From NCBI GenBank assembly GCA_963978095.1, contig CAXBQP010000019.1, positions 1 to 50,339 of the forward strand: 50,339 nt of DNA. Direction: 5' to 3'. The position numbers were made by a program, and so were the translations under genes. This document shows positions 16,020-25,504 of the stretch, piece by piece (the first letter of the stretch is position 1; the number at the start of each line of letters is the position of its first letter). This DNA comes from an uncultured bacterium (lineage in GTDB: Bacteria; Gemmatimonadota; Gemmatimonadetes; Gemmatimonadales; Gemmatimonadaceae). The notes under the pieces are model-generated. The model saw only the letters and a list, made by a program, of their open reading frames with translations, made no database searches and was not told where the DNA came from.

Positions 16020-17189
16020 ATGAAACGGATCGTTGTCGTCGCGTCGTTGCTTGCGGCACCCGTGCTCGCGCAGAATCCTGCGCCCCCGGCCGGCGCTCGC
16101 ACCGGTGGCCGTGCCGTGGTGATCACGGACACCGCGCGTGCCCGTGCCTTGTTCGTGAGCAAGGCGCCCGCGGATCTCGCCGGCTGCGGCGCGCAGTGTG
16201 ACGCCCAGGTCAAGGCGCGAAAGGCCACCGACAGTACCTACGAGGCCCGCGCGAAAGGGGTGATGGATTTCCGGATCGTCAACTTCAAGAGCCGGGTCGA
16301 CGGGCTCGACATCCCCGCCTACCTCTTCGCGCCGCTCACGAAGAAGCCCGCGAAGCATGCCGCCTTGGTCTGGGTGCATGGTGGCGTGCATTCCCACTGG
16401 GGATCGGACATGTGGCCGTTCGTGCGTGACGCGATCGATCGCGGCTACGTCGTCATCACGCCGAACTATCGTGGCAGCACCGGATACGGTGACGATTTCC
16501 ATCGCAAGATCGATTACGGCGGCAAGGAAGTCGACGATGCGCTCTCCTCGGTGGACTACCTCAAGACCCTCCCGTACGTCGACATGGACCGGCTCGGCAT
16601 CATGGGATGGAGCCACGGCGGCTTCATCACGGCCCACAATCTCTTCCGCGAGGGCCAGCCCTTCCGCGCCGGAGCGGCGATCGTGCCAGTCACCAATCTG
16701 ATCTTCCGGCTCTCGGATCACGGCCCGTCGTACGCCCGTGACTACGCGGCGGAGGAAGGCATCCAAGGGCTCCCCTTCGAGAACGTCGCGGAATACATCA
16801 AGCGCTCGCCGGTCTTCCAGGCGGAGAACCTGAAAGTTCCGATGCTCGTGCACGTCGCGACCAACGACTGCGACGTCTTCTTCCGTGAGGATCAGCAGTT
16901 CGTCTACACCCTGCGCGCACTGAAGCCTGAGTTGGCCGAGACGAAGATTTACGTCAATCCGCCGCAGGGTGGTGGCGGCTGCGGACACACCTTCAGCCGT
17001 CGCGTCACCAACGATGGGCTGGCGCGCGACGACTCACCGGAACAGATCGACTCCTGGGCGCGAACGTGGACGTTCTTCGAGTGGAATCTCCGTCCGCTCA
17101 GCGTGATCCGGAAGGACAACCAGGAATGGAAGAAGGACCCGTCCGTGGCGAGCCCACGCGTGCCGACCCCCGGCGTACCGCCGCGCTGA
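16020..17189 (+). CDS. Exported S9-family (prolyl oligopeptidase-like) peptidase
   Basis: VWVHGG, PNYRGSTGYG, GIMGWSHGG; signal peptide; GAGGA RBS. Confidence 0.9.
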   Translation: MKRIVVVASLLAAPVLAQNPAPPAGARTGGRAVVITDTARARALFVSKAPADLAGCGAQCDAQVKARKATDSTYEARAKGVMDFRIVNFKSRVDGLDIPAYLFAPLTKKPAKHAALVWVHGGVHSHWGSDMWPFVRDAIDRGYVVITPNYRGSTGYGDDFHRKIDYGGKEVDDALSSVDYLKTLPYVDMDRLGIMGWSHGGFITAHNLFREGQPFRAGAAIVPVTNLIFRLSDHGPSYARDYAAEEGIQGLPFENVAEYIKRSPVFQAENLKVPMLVHVATNDCDVFFREDQQFVYTLRALKPELAETKIYVNPPQGGGGCGHTFSRRVTNDGLARDDSPEQIDSWARTWTFFEWNLRPLSVIRKDNQEWKKDPSVASPRVPTPGVPPR

Positions 17190-17229
17190 GTTGAACGTGC
17201 CGTCGCATGCTCGGGCCGTTCGAGCGGAG

Positions 17230-19086
17230 TTACTTCCGCTTGGGCGGCCCGAACTGCACGGTCGGGGGACGCCAGCGCACGGTGTCATTCACGATCTTCC
17301 TGCTGGGGCTCACCACTTCCAGTCGCAGCGGCTGAATGCGCAGCAGGACGACGTCCGCGCTCGACGGACCCTTGGCATAGAACGGATCCCACTCGCGCTT
17401 CCAATGCAACGGCTTCTCGGCGGCGCTCGTCACCACGGTCGCCGTTCCAACGAGCGTGACGTACTCGAGTGCTGCGGCATCGAAGTAGAGGAGGGTCGCG
17501 TGGCCGCTCTTCCGGACTTCGGCCACTTTCCGCGTCGCCGGATTCGTCGCCACCCAGACCGTGAAGTCGGCGTCCGGGGCCAGGGGGTCCACGATGCGCG
17601 CCTGCGCGGCGGCCGCGTCGGTGGCGACGGTCGCAAGCGTGGCGTACCGTGCCTTGGTCATGATGGCCCGTGCAGCGGTCAGCACGTCATCCCGTGTGGC
17701 GCCCTGGGCGCCCGCGCGCGACGCCGAGAGCAGCAGCACGATGACCAGCGCGGCCGCGCCGCGCCGCATCCCCGTCTTCGATGACCGCAGCCGCGCGTGA
17801 TCGACGGGCGCGGTGCGCGCACCGACCCAGAGCACCACGGTCAGGAGCACACTGATCGCCGGGATCGCATACAGCGCACCGTGAAGACCGGCCGACCGTG
17901 ACTCGGCTGCGGCGAGTCCCGTGGCCAGTGCGCGTGCGGCGAGGGCGTCGCTGAGTCGCCCGAAGGCCAGCAGCCCCACCGCGATGAACAGATAGAAGAC
18001 GAAGAAATACACCGCCATCGCGGTGCCGCGTTCACGCGGTTCGACCAAATCGTAAATGGTCGCCATGACGTTCGTGTAGTACACGTACATCACGCCGACC
18101 GACGCGAGCATCAGCATGGCATAGCCCCACGCCTGGCCGGCCGGTTGTTCGAGCGCGATCCAGGTGAGGGGGACCGTGAGCAGCGAGCCGATGGCGGCCA
18201 GGCGCAGACGGCCGCCCGGGCCCCCACGTGCCGACCGGTCGCCGATCCATCCGCCGGCGATCATGCCGATCGCTCCGCCGATCCCGAAGATCGATCCGCT
18301 GAAACGATTCGCGATGTCGATGTTGAGTCCGTGGAAGCGGATCAGGTATGACGTGTTGAAGGCCGAGAGCGCGTAGGTGTTCAGATTGAAGAGCGCGCCG
18401 GAGATGATGATCCACCGCATCGTCGGCAAACCGAGCACGTGTCGGATGGCGGCGATCGATGAGCGTTCGGCGTGCACGATGTCCGGGTCGGCGGCGCCAC
18501 GTGGCGGTTCCGGGATGAAGAGCGCGAGCAATCCCAGCACGAGTCCCGGCACGGCGGCCACGAACAGGGCGGGACGCCATCCTCCGGTGGCTTGCGAGAC
18601 GAGCCCACTGATGACGTAGCTCGCGCCGAGGCCGAACGGGAGCCCGAGCATGAAGACCGCGATCGCGCGTCCACGCCGAGCGCCCGGGAACAGGTCGCCG
18701 ATGATCGAGTTGGCGGCGGGAGCTGCGCTCGCTTCACCCACGCCGACCGCGAGGCGGCAGAGAATGAGCATCGCGAAGCTGCTCGCGAGGCCGGAGAGGC
18801 CGGTGAAGACGCTCCAAGCGATGATGCCGACGGCGAGGATGTACGTGCGTCGGCCGACATCGGCGAGTCGTCCCAGGGGGATCCCGACGACGGCGTAGAG
18901 GAGAACGAACGCGGTCGTGAGCCCCGCAAGCTGGCCGTCGGACAGTTGCCACTCGACCTTGATCCGCTCACCGACGGCTCCCACGACCTGACGGTCGTAG
19001 AAGTTCATGAAATTGATGGCGGCGAGGAGGCCCAGCGTGTAGCGGGCGGCCCATGGGCTCGGCGTGTGGCGGGGCGAAGAGGTCAC
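17230..19086 (-). CDS. Spinster-like MFS transporter in frame with a pyridoxamine-5'-phosphate-oxidase-like (split barrel) domain
   Basis: NFYDRQ, GRLADVGRR MFS motifs; after about aa 440 a signal-peptide-like MRRGAAALVIVLLLSASRAGA followed by YATLATV...ARIVDP...VWVATNPATRKVAEV. Confidence 0.8.
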   Translation of the reverse strand: MTSSPRHTPSPWAARYTLGLLAAINFMNFYDRQVVGAVGERIKVEWQLSDGQLAGLTTAFVLLYAVVGIPLGRLADVGRRTYILAVGIIAWSVFTGLSGLASSFAMLILCRLAVGVGEASAAPAANSIIGDLFPGARRGRAIAVFMLGLPFGLGASYVISGLVSQATGGWRPALFVAAVPGLVLGLLALFIPEPPRGAADPDIVHAERSSIAAIRHVLGLPTMRWIIISGALFNLNTYALSAFNTSYLIRFHGLNIDIANRFSGSIFGIGGAIGMIAGGWIGDRSARGGPGGRLRLAAIGSLLTVPLTWIALEQPAGQAWGYAMLMLASVGVMYVYYTNVMATIYDLVEPRERGTAMAVYFFVFYLFIAVGLLAFGRLSDALAARALATGLAAAESRSAGLHGALYAIPAISVLLTVVLWVGARTAPVDHARLRSSKTGMRRGAAALVIVLLLSASRAGAQGATRDDVLTAARAIMTKARYATLATVATDAAAAQARIVDPLAPDADFTVWVATNPATRKVAEVRKSGHATLLYFDAAALEYVTLVGTATVVTSAAEKPLHWKREWDPFYAKGPSSADVVLLRIQPLRLEVVSPSRKIVNDTVRWRPPTVQFGPPKRK

Positions 19087-19172
19087 GTCCCGAACGTAGT
19101 GATCGGGTCGGGCCGCGGCAATGCGAACAGCTGGTGCTGGTCATGCGCATCGGGGCGGCGTAGGATTCGGCC

Positions 19173-20054
19173 ATGCGAAATCCAGGACGGGCACCTCGCG
19201 CGATGGCGCGGATGGCAGCGTTGGCGCTGGTCGCTCTGCTGCCGGCGGCGGTCGCGCGGACGCAGGCACCGTCCTTGCCACAGGTCAGCGCATCATCGCC
19301 GCTCGTGATCGGTGAGCAGTTCATGCTCACGTCAGCGGTGCTCCACGAGACGCGCCGCATCAACGTGTACCTCCCCGCGGGGTACGCGGAATCGGCGGCG
19401 CGTGGCCTTCCGGTGCTCTACATGCCCGACGGGGGCTTGCAGGAGGATTTTCTGCATGTCGCCGGGCTCGTGCAGGTGCTGGTGGGCAATGGCACGATGC
19501 GTCCCTTCATTCTTGTCGGAATCGAGAACACCGAGCGCCGCCGCGATCTCACCGGCCCCACGACCCGTGAGGAGGACCGGAAGATCGCGCCGCGCGTGGG
19601 TGGATCAGCGGCCTTCCGCACCTTCCTCCGCACGGAGTTGATGCCCGCGGTCAAGGCGCGGTATCGGACGACGTCGGAGACGGGGATCGTCGGGGAATCA
19701 CTGGCGGGGCTCTTTGTCGTCGAGACGTTCGTGCACGACCCCACCTTGTTCGATCACTACATTGCGCTCGACCCGAGTCTCTGGTGGAACGGCGGCACGC
19801 TGGTCACGGAGGCCGCGGCGCGGCTGGCCCAGCACCCGCCCATCGGGAAGTCGATCTTCCTGAGCCATAGCGCGGAGCCGACGATCGCGGGACCCACGCA
19901 ACGCTTGGCGGGGATTCTCGCGGCAGTTGCGGCACCGGCGTTCTCGGCCGTCTACGCGCCGATGCCCGAGGAGACCCACGCGACGATCTATCATCCCGCG
20001 GCGCTCAAAGCGTTCCGGCTGGTGTTCGCCCCCGCGGTGCCCCCGACCCCCTAG
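19173..20054 (+). CDS. Exported alpha/beta-hydrolase esterase (IroE/BesA-like)
   Basis: RRINVYLP, PVLYMPDG, RRRDLT, GESLAG, PSLWW, ETHATI. Confidence 0.85.
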   Translation: MRNPGRAPRAMARMAALALVALLPAAVARTQAPSLPQVSASSPLVIGEQFMLTSAVLHETRRINVYLPAGYAESAARGLPVLYMPDGGLQEDFLHVAGLVQVLVGNGTMRPFILVGIENTERRRDLTGPTTREEDRKIAPRVGGSAAFRTFLRTELMPAVKARYRTTSETGIVGESLAGLFVVETFVHDPTLFDHYIALDPSLWWNGGTLVTEAAARLAQHPPIGKSIFLSHSAEPTIAGPTQRLAGILAAVAAPAFSAVYAPMPEETHATIYHPAALKAFRLVFAPAVPPTP

Positions 20055-20058
20055 CGGA

Positions 20059-21579
20059 TCAGAAGAACGGATTCTGCGCCGAGTTCTCGTCGAGCTCTTG
20101 CGTGCTGAGGCCGGCTTTGGTACTGATGCCGAAGAAGCTCAGCATCTTGCCGACGATCTGGGAGGTCAGGGAGCTCGTTTCCCCGGCGACCGTCGCGGCA
20201 TTGGCGAGCCGGAGCGCGTCGGAGTTGCGCAGGCGCCGCAGGGCAACCGTCTCCGCGATCACGTGCGCGACTTCCGGACGTCGATCGATCAACGCGGCGA
20301 TCTGCGCCTTGTCGATCTCGAACATCAGGGCGTCCGTTGCCGCGACGATCGTCGCACTGCGTGGTTCGCCCGTGAGCGCACTCATCTCCCCGAAGAACAT
20401 CCCCGCCTGGATACGACCGACGCGCGTCTCGAGTCCCGTCGACTCGGCGGTCACCGTCACATGCAGGAGCCCTTCGTAGAGGACGAACATCGAGGTGCCG
20501 GAATCGCCCGCGCGGAGCAGCGTCGTGCCTTCGCTCACCAGTCGTTCGCGCATCTGCGAGGAGAGTTCGAGGCGCTCCGCTTCCGTGAGCCCCTTGAACA
20601 ACTCGATGCGGCTGAGCAGCTGCGCCCGATCCTCCGCCGATCGCGCATCCAGCTTGCGGACCGGGAGCGGCGCGTGGAACACATCTTGGGAGGGCGCCGC
20701 GGGCTGGAGTCCCGCGCGGTGCAACTGGTCGAGGACGGCGCGCAGCACTTCGTGTCGCGCTTTCCCCGGGCCGGCGATCTTCGGGTCGACGAAGTACTTG
20801 AGGCGATACTCCACCCCTTGAGCGCTCACCCCGCGGAGGCGGGCCTTGGGCGAGGGCGCTTCCAGGACGCCGTTGGTGCCTGCGACCGACGCCACGGCTG
20901 CACTCAATACCCGCAGGGCGCGCTCGGTCGGCACGTCGAAGTCGAGGAAGATCGGCAGCACGAACTCGCTCATGCGCTCCGGCCGCGAGAAGTTCGTCAC
21001 GATCAGCTCGCTCAACCGCCCGTTCGGGATGACCACCAGGTTCCCTTCGCCGTTCAGCAAGCGGGTGGTGCGCCAGTTGAGCTCCATCACCCGCCCGGTG
21101 GGGCCGGCGTTCGCCCCCACGCCGAGCTGGATGTAATCTCCGATCTCGAAGGGGCGATCGAAGTTGACCGCCAAGCCGATGAAGACATCCAGGATCACAT
21201 TGCGGAGCGCCAGGCCCAGCACGATGGCGCCAACCCCCGAGGCAGCCCAGAACGGGCCGATCGGTTTGTCGAAGACGACCCCGACGATCCCGGTGACGGC
21301 CAGCAGGTAGATCAGGAGCGCCGTCACGTCGCGCAGCAGGCGCGGCACGGGCACGCGGCCGTGGATCGGATCCCACAGCACGATCCCCACGATCCGGTTG
21401 ATCAGGAACCCGGCGGCGAGCCAGATGCCGCTGCTGATCATCAGCGGAAGCGCGGTCCTCAGCTGCGCGAGGGTTCCGAGGTTCAGCCGGTCCAGGATCG
21501 ACGGCTCGTACGCGGCCAGGAGCAGCAGCAGCCCGATCACGACCAGCGGCAAAGCCAACGAACGTGCGGCCTTCGTCAC
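20059..21579 (-). CDS. MscS-family mechanosensitive channel with C-terminal cyclic-nucleotide-binding domain
   Basis: RPFEIGDYI...GRVMELNWRTT...VIPN; FFGEMSALTGEPRSATIVA; start taken at GTG 21579. Confidence 0.9.
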   Translation of the reverse strand: MTKAARSLALPLVVIGLLLLLAAYEPSILDRLNLGTLAQLRTALPLMISSGIWLAAGFLINRIVGIVLWDPIHGRVPVPRLLRDVTALLIYLLAVTGIVGVVFDKPIGPFWAASGVGAIVLGLALRNVILDVFIGLAVNFDRPFEIGDYIQLGVGANAGPTGRVMELNWRTTRLLNGEGNLVVIPNGRLSELIVTNFSRPERMSEFVLPIFLDFDVPTERALRVLSAAVASVAGTNGVLEAPSPKARLRGVSAQGVEYRLKYFVDPKIAGPGKARHEVLRAVLDQLHRAGLQPAAPSQDVFHAPLPVRKLDARSAEDRAQLLSRIELFKGLTEAERLELSSQMRERLVSEGTTLLRAGDSGTSMFVLYEGLLHVTVTAESTGLETRVGRIQAGMFFGEMSALTGEPRSATIVAATDALMFEIDKAQIAALIDRRPEVAHVIAETVALRRLRNSDALRLANAATVAGETSSLTSQIVGKMLSFFGISTKAGLSTQELDENSAQNPFF

Positions 21580-21731
21580 GGCATCTCTCGGGGTTCGCGG
21601 AGCGCACAGATCACGAGGGAAAGATACAGCCCACGAGTTGGCAGCGGCTAGCCGCGGACACACGGGTGGACACTCGTCGACACCGGGACGTACGTTTGAG
21701 ACGGTTCGATTCGCCCTCAGGAGGGACTCCG

Positions 21732-22946
21732 ATGTCTACCGACCGCCGCACCTTCGTCCGGACCCTCACCGCTGCCGGTGGCGCGCTGGGCCTCGCCGGC
21801 CTGCCGAACCTCGCCTTCGGCGCCTCGTCCGACGCCGTTGTTCCCGCGGCGCCGGACGCGCGCCTGCGCACGATCGAGAAGGCCCCCGACTCGCTCAACA
21901 TCCTCATCCTCGGCGGGACGGGTTTCACCGGCCCCGAGCAGGTGGAATACGCGATCGCGCGTGGCCATCGCGTCACGCTCTTCAATCGCAACAAGACGCG
22001 CCCCGATTTCTTCAGGGGCAAGGTCGCCGAAGAACTGGTCGGCGATCTCAATGGCGACACCAGCGCACTCACCGGCAAGAAATTCGACGTGGTGCTCGAC
22101 AACCCCACGACACTCCCGGCGTGGGTCCGCAATGCGGCGCGCCAGCTGGTGGGGAATGTAAAGCACTACATCTTCATCTCCACCACGTCGACCTACAGCG
22201 ACCAGAGCATCATCGGGCTCGATGAGAACTCGCCCGTGCACCCGATGCCCGACGGGCTCGACCCCTACACGCTCGATCCTGCCGACGCGACCAAGTACTA
22301 CGGTCCCCTCAAGGTCCGCGCCGAACAGGAGGTCGCGAAGCTCTATCCGGGGATCCACACGATCATTCGGCCGTGCCTGATCGTCGGGCCGCTCGACCGC
22401 ACCGACCGCTTCACCTGGTGGCCGGCGCGCATCGACAAGGGCGGGGAGGTGCTCGCCCCGGACCATCCGGACGATCCGTGCCAGTTCATCGATTCGCGCG
22501 ATCTCGCGGAGTTCATGGTGCGCATGGCGGAGGCGCGTGAGTTCGGCCTCTACAACGCGATCGGCCCGGCGCACCCGATGACGGTCGGCGAAATGCTGCA
22601 CGGCGTGAAGGCCGTCACGACCTCCGGGGCGCAGTTCACCTGGGTCCCCTGGGACTTCCTCCAGTCGCAGAATGTACGTCCGTGGCGCGACATGACCGTC
22701 TGGCAGCCGCCGTATGGCAAGACCGCGGGCTATCAGCGGCGCAACTCGGCCAAGGCGATCGCCAAAGGACTCACCTTCCGACCGCTCGCGGTGACGGCCA
22801 AGGAGACCCTCGACTGGCAGAAGACGCGTCCGGCCAAGGAACAGCAGGCGACGCTGAATGGCGAGATCAACGGCATCGGTCTCGCGCGGGAGGCCGAAGT
22901 CCTCGCCGCGTGGCATGCGAAGCAGAAGGCGGAGGGCAAAAAGTGA
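21732..22946 (+). CDS. Tat-exported NAD(P)-dependent epimerase/atypical SDR, copy 1
   Basis: DRRTFV twin-Arg plus hydrophobic region; ILILGGTGFTG; YGPLK; RPCLIVGP. Confidence 0.9.
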   Translation: MSTDRRTFVRTLTAAGGALGLAGLPNLAFGASSDAVVPAAPDARLRTIEKAPDSLNILILGGTGFTGPEQVEYAIARGHRVTLFNRNKTRPDFFRGKVAEELVGDLNGDTSALTGKKFDVVLDNPTTLPAWVRNAARQLVGNVKHYIFISTTSTYSDQSIIGLDENSPVHPMPDGLDPYTLDPADATKYYGPLKVRAEQEVAKLYPGIHTIIRPCLIVGPLDRTDRFTWWPARIDKGGEVLAPDHPDDPCQFIDSRDLAEFMVRMAEAREFGLYNAIGPAHPMTVGEMLHGVKAVTTSGAQFTWVPWDFLQSQNVRPWRDMTVWQPPYGKTAGYQRRNSAKAIAKGLTFRPLAVTAKETLDWQKTRPAKEQQATLNGEINGIGLAREAEVLAAWHAKQKAEGKK

Positions 22947-24049
22947 CGCTCTCCCGTCGCGCGTTTCTCACCGGGCGCACGGCGTCGGGCAAAGCCCCCG
23001 CGCCGCTCGACATCCTCATCCTTGGCGGCACCGGCTTCACCGGCCCTGAACAGGTGGAATACGCCACGGCGCGCGGCCATCGGGTCACGTTGTTCAATCG
23101 CAACAAGACACGCCCGGATTTCTTCAAAGGACGCGTCGAGCAGCTGATCGGTGATCTGAATGGGGACGTGAGCGCCCTTGCCGGAAAGACCTTCGACGTG
23201 GTGATCGACAACCCGACCACTTTTCCCGCGTGGGTCCGCAACGCCGCACTGCAACTGAAGGGCCATACGAAGCACTACATGTTCATCAGTACCATCTCGG
23301 TGTATCCCGACAACTCCAAGCCGGGGGCTGACGAAACCGATGGCCTGACGCCGCTCCCGGCGGGGCTCGACCCGTACACGACCGCCGCCGACGACGCCAA
23401 GAAGTACTACGGCGCCCTCAAGACGGCGTCGGAGCAGGAAGTCGCGAAACATTACCCCGGCATCCACACCATCATTCGTCCGGGGTTGATCGTCGGGCCG
23501 CTCGACCGCTCGGATCGCTTCACCTACTGGCCGGCGCGGATCGACCGGGGAGGCGAGGTGATGGCGCCCGGACGTCCCACCGATCCGGTCCAGTTCATCG
23601 ATTCGCGCGATCTCGCGGAGTTCATGATCCGCATGGCGGAGGACCGCGCCTTCGGCACGTTCAACGTCACGGGACCGGCGGCGCCGCTCACCGTGGCCGA
23701 GATGTTGGGCGGAATCAAGGCGGTGACCACGGCCGGGGCGCATTTCACGTATGTGCCCGCCGATTTCCTCCGCGCCAACGGCATCCAGGGGTGGCGCCAC
23801 ATGCCGGTGTGGATCAATCCGGAAGGCGCCACCGCGGGATTCACGCGGCGTGGGATCGCTCGCGCGCTCGCCAAGGGACTCACCTTCCGTCCGCTCGCGG
23901 TGACCGCCAAGGACACGCTCGACTGGCACAAGACCCGTCCCGAGGCGGAGCAGCAGACACTCGCTGACGGTGCCATCGCCGGCATCCCCGCGAGCAAGGA
24001 GGCCGAGGTCCTCGCCGCCTGGCACGCCAGGCAGAAGGCCGCACCCTGA
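22943..24049 (+). CDS. NAD(P)-dependent epimerase/atypical SDR, copy 2 (tandem paralogue)
   Basis: GTGA overlap; SRRAFL; ILILGGTGFTG; YGALK; highly similar to copy 1. Confidence 0.9.
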   Translation: MTLSRRAFLTGRTASGKAPAPLDILILGGTGFTGPEQVEYATARGHRVTLFNRNKTRPDFFKGRVEQLIGDLNGDVSALAGKTFDVVIDNPTTFPAWVRNAALQLKGHTKHYMFISTISVYPDNSKPGADETDGLTPLPAGLDPYTTAADDAKKYYGALKTASEQEVAKHYPGIHTIIRPGLIVGPLDRSDRFTYWPARIDRGGEVMAPGRPTDPVQFIDSRDLAEFMIRMAEDRAFGTFNVTGPAAPLTVAEMLGGIKAVTTAGAHFTYVPADFLRANGIQGWRHMPVWINPEGATAGFTRRGIARALAKGLTFRPLAVTAKDTLDWHKTRPEAEQQTLADGAIAGIPASKEAEVLAAWHARQKAAP

Positions 24050-24117
24050 GCGTCGGCCGCGCGCCCACGGGACCGCATCACGACGCCGGAGCGCTCCACG
24101 CGCTGCTGCGGCGTGCG

Positions 24118-25383
24118 GTGGACGTCGAGCCGCACGAGGTGCGGGCGATGCTCGCGTCGGCGCTCTTCTTCTTCTGCGCGTTGGCGAGCTGGTTCGTCTT
24201 GCGCCCCATGCGGGACGCCGTCGCGGCCGGGACGACCCCCGCGCAGCTCTCGATGCTCTTCGTGGGAACGCTCGTGGTGACCCTGACCGCGAACCCGCTC
24301 TTCTGGTCGATGGTGGTCAAGCATCCGCCGCGGAGGTTCATTCCGTACGCGTACCAGCTGATCGTCGCGAGCCTGCTCCTGTTCTACGTGATCTTCCGGT
24401 CGGGCACAGGACACGACAACACCGCGACCGATCTGTGGACCGGACGCGCCTTCTTCGTCTGGACCAGCATGTTCAACCTCTTCGTGACGTCGCTGTTCTG
24501 GTGTTTCATGGCCGACGTGTTCACGAGCGAACAGGCGAAGCGACTCTTCGGATTCATCGGTGTCGGGGGAACCCTCGGCTCGGTCGCCGGGAGCGCCGTG
24601 ACGGCGTCGTTCACCACCAGCATCGGCGAACTCAATCTGCTGCTGGTCAGTTGCGTCTTGCTCGAGCTCGCGGTGGTGGTGGTCACGCGATTCCCCATCG
24701 CGGCCGGCCTCGATTCGAGCGTCGATGACCGTGCGCGACTGGTGGCGGAGCAGGGACGTCCCGTGGGCGGGAATCTCTGGGCCGGGTTCTCCAACACCGT
24801 GAAGTCGCCGTATCTGCTGGGGATCGCCTGCTACCTCGTGCTCTTCACCATCGGCTCCACGTTCCTGTATTTCGAGCAGAGCGCGATCGTCGGCGCGGCC
24901 TATGCGGATCGCGCGTCGCGCACCGTGGTGCTCGCGCGGGTGGAACTCGCCGTACAAGTACTCACCGTGACGGCGCAGCTCTTCTTCACCGGGCGCATCA
25001 TCCGTTGGTTCGGCCTGGTGTCCGCGCTCGCCTTCTTGCCGATCGTGTCCATGCTGGGCTTCGGCGCCCTGGCGACAGTGCCGGTGTTCACGGCGCTCGC
25101 GGCCTTCGTGATCCTGCGGCGCGCCGGAAACTTCGCGCTCACGAATCCGGGCATGGAGGTGCTGTTCACCGTTGTTCCGCGCGAGGACAAGTACAAGGCC
25201 AAGAGTTTCATCGAGACCTTCGTGTACCGCGGCGGCGATCAACTCGGCGCGTGGAGCTATGCCGGGCTCACCGCGATCGGCTTGAGCCTGGTCGGGATCA
25301 GCTGGGTGGCGGTTCCCGTCTCGGCGGTGTGGCTCGCCCTGGGCATCTGGCTGGCCCGCCGGCAGGGCGCGATGGCGACCTGA
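24118..25383 (+). CDS. MFS transporter of the ATP:ADP antiporter (AAA/NTT-like) family; start may lie upstream at CTG 24046
   Basis: VLRPMRD, FWCFMADVFTSEQAKRLFG, EDKYKAKSFIETFVYRGGD. Confidence 0.85.
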   Translation: MDVEPHEVRAMLASALFFFCALASWFVLRPMRDAVAAGTTPAQLSMLFVGTLVVTLTANPLFWSMVVKHPPRRFIPYAYQLIVASLLLFYVIFRSGTGHDNTATDLWTGRAFFVWTSMFNLFVTSLFWCFMADVFTSEQAKRLFGFIGVGGTLGSVAGSAVTASFTTSIGELNLLLVSCVLLELAVVVVTRFPIAAGLDSSVDDRARLVAEQGRPVGGNLWAGFSNTVKSPYLLGIACYLVLFTIGSTFLYFEQSAIVGAAYADRASRTVVLARVELAVQVLTVTAQLFFTGRIIRWFGLVSALAFLPIVSMLGFGALATVPVFTALAAFVILRRAGNFALTNPGMEVLFTVVPREDKYKAKSFIETFVYRGGDQLGAWSYAGLTAIGLSLVGISWVAVPVSAVWLALGIWLARRQGAMAT

Positions 25384-25504
25384 TCGAGCGGCGTGGGGCT
25401 CGCATGGCGCGACGCGCTGCGGCCCGACCGCATCCACGCATTGCGGGCGCCCCGCTCCCATCGCAATTTCGGCGCAGAGGTACTCCTCCAACCGAGGCTC
25501 CACC

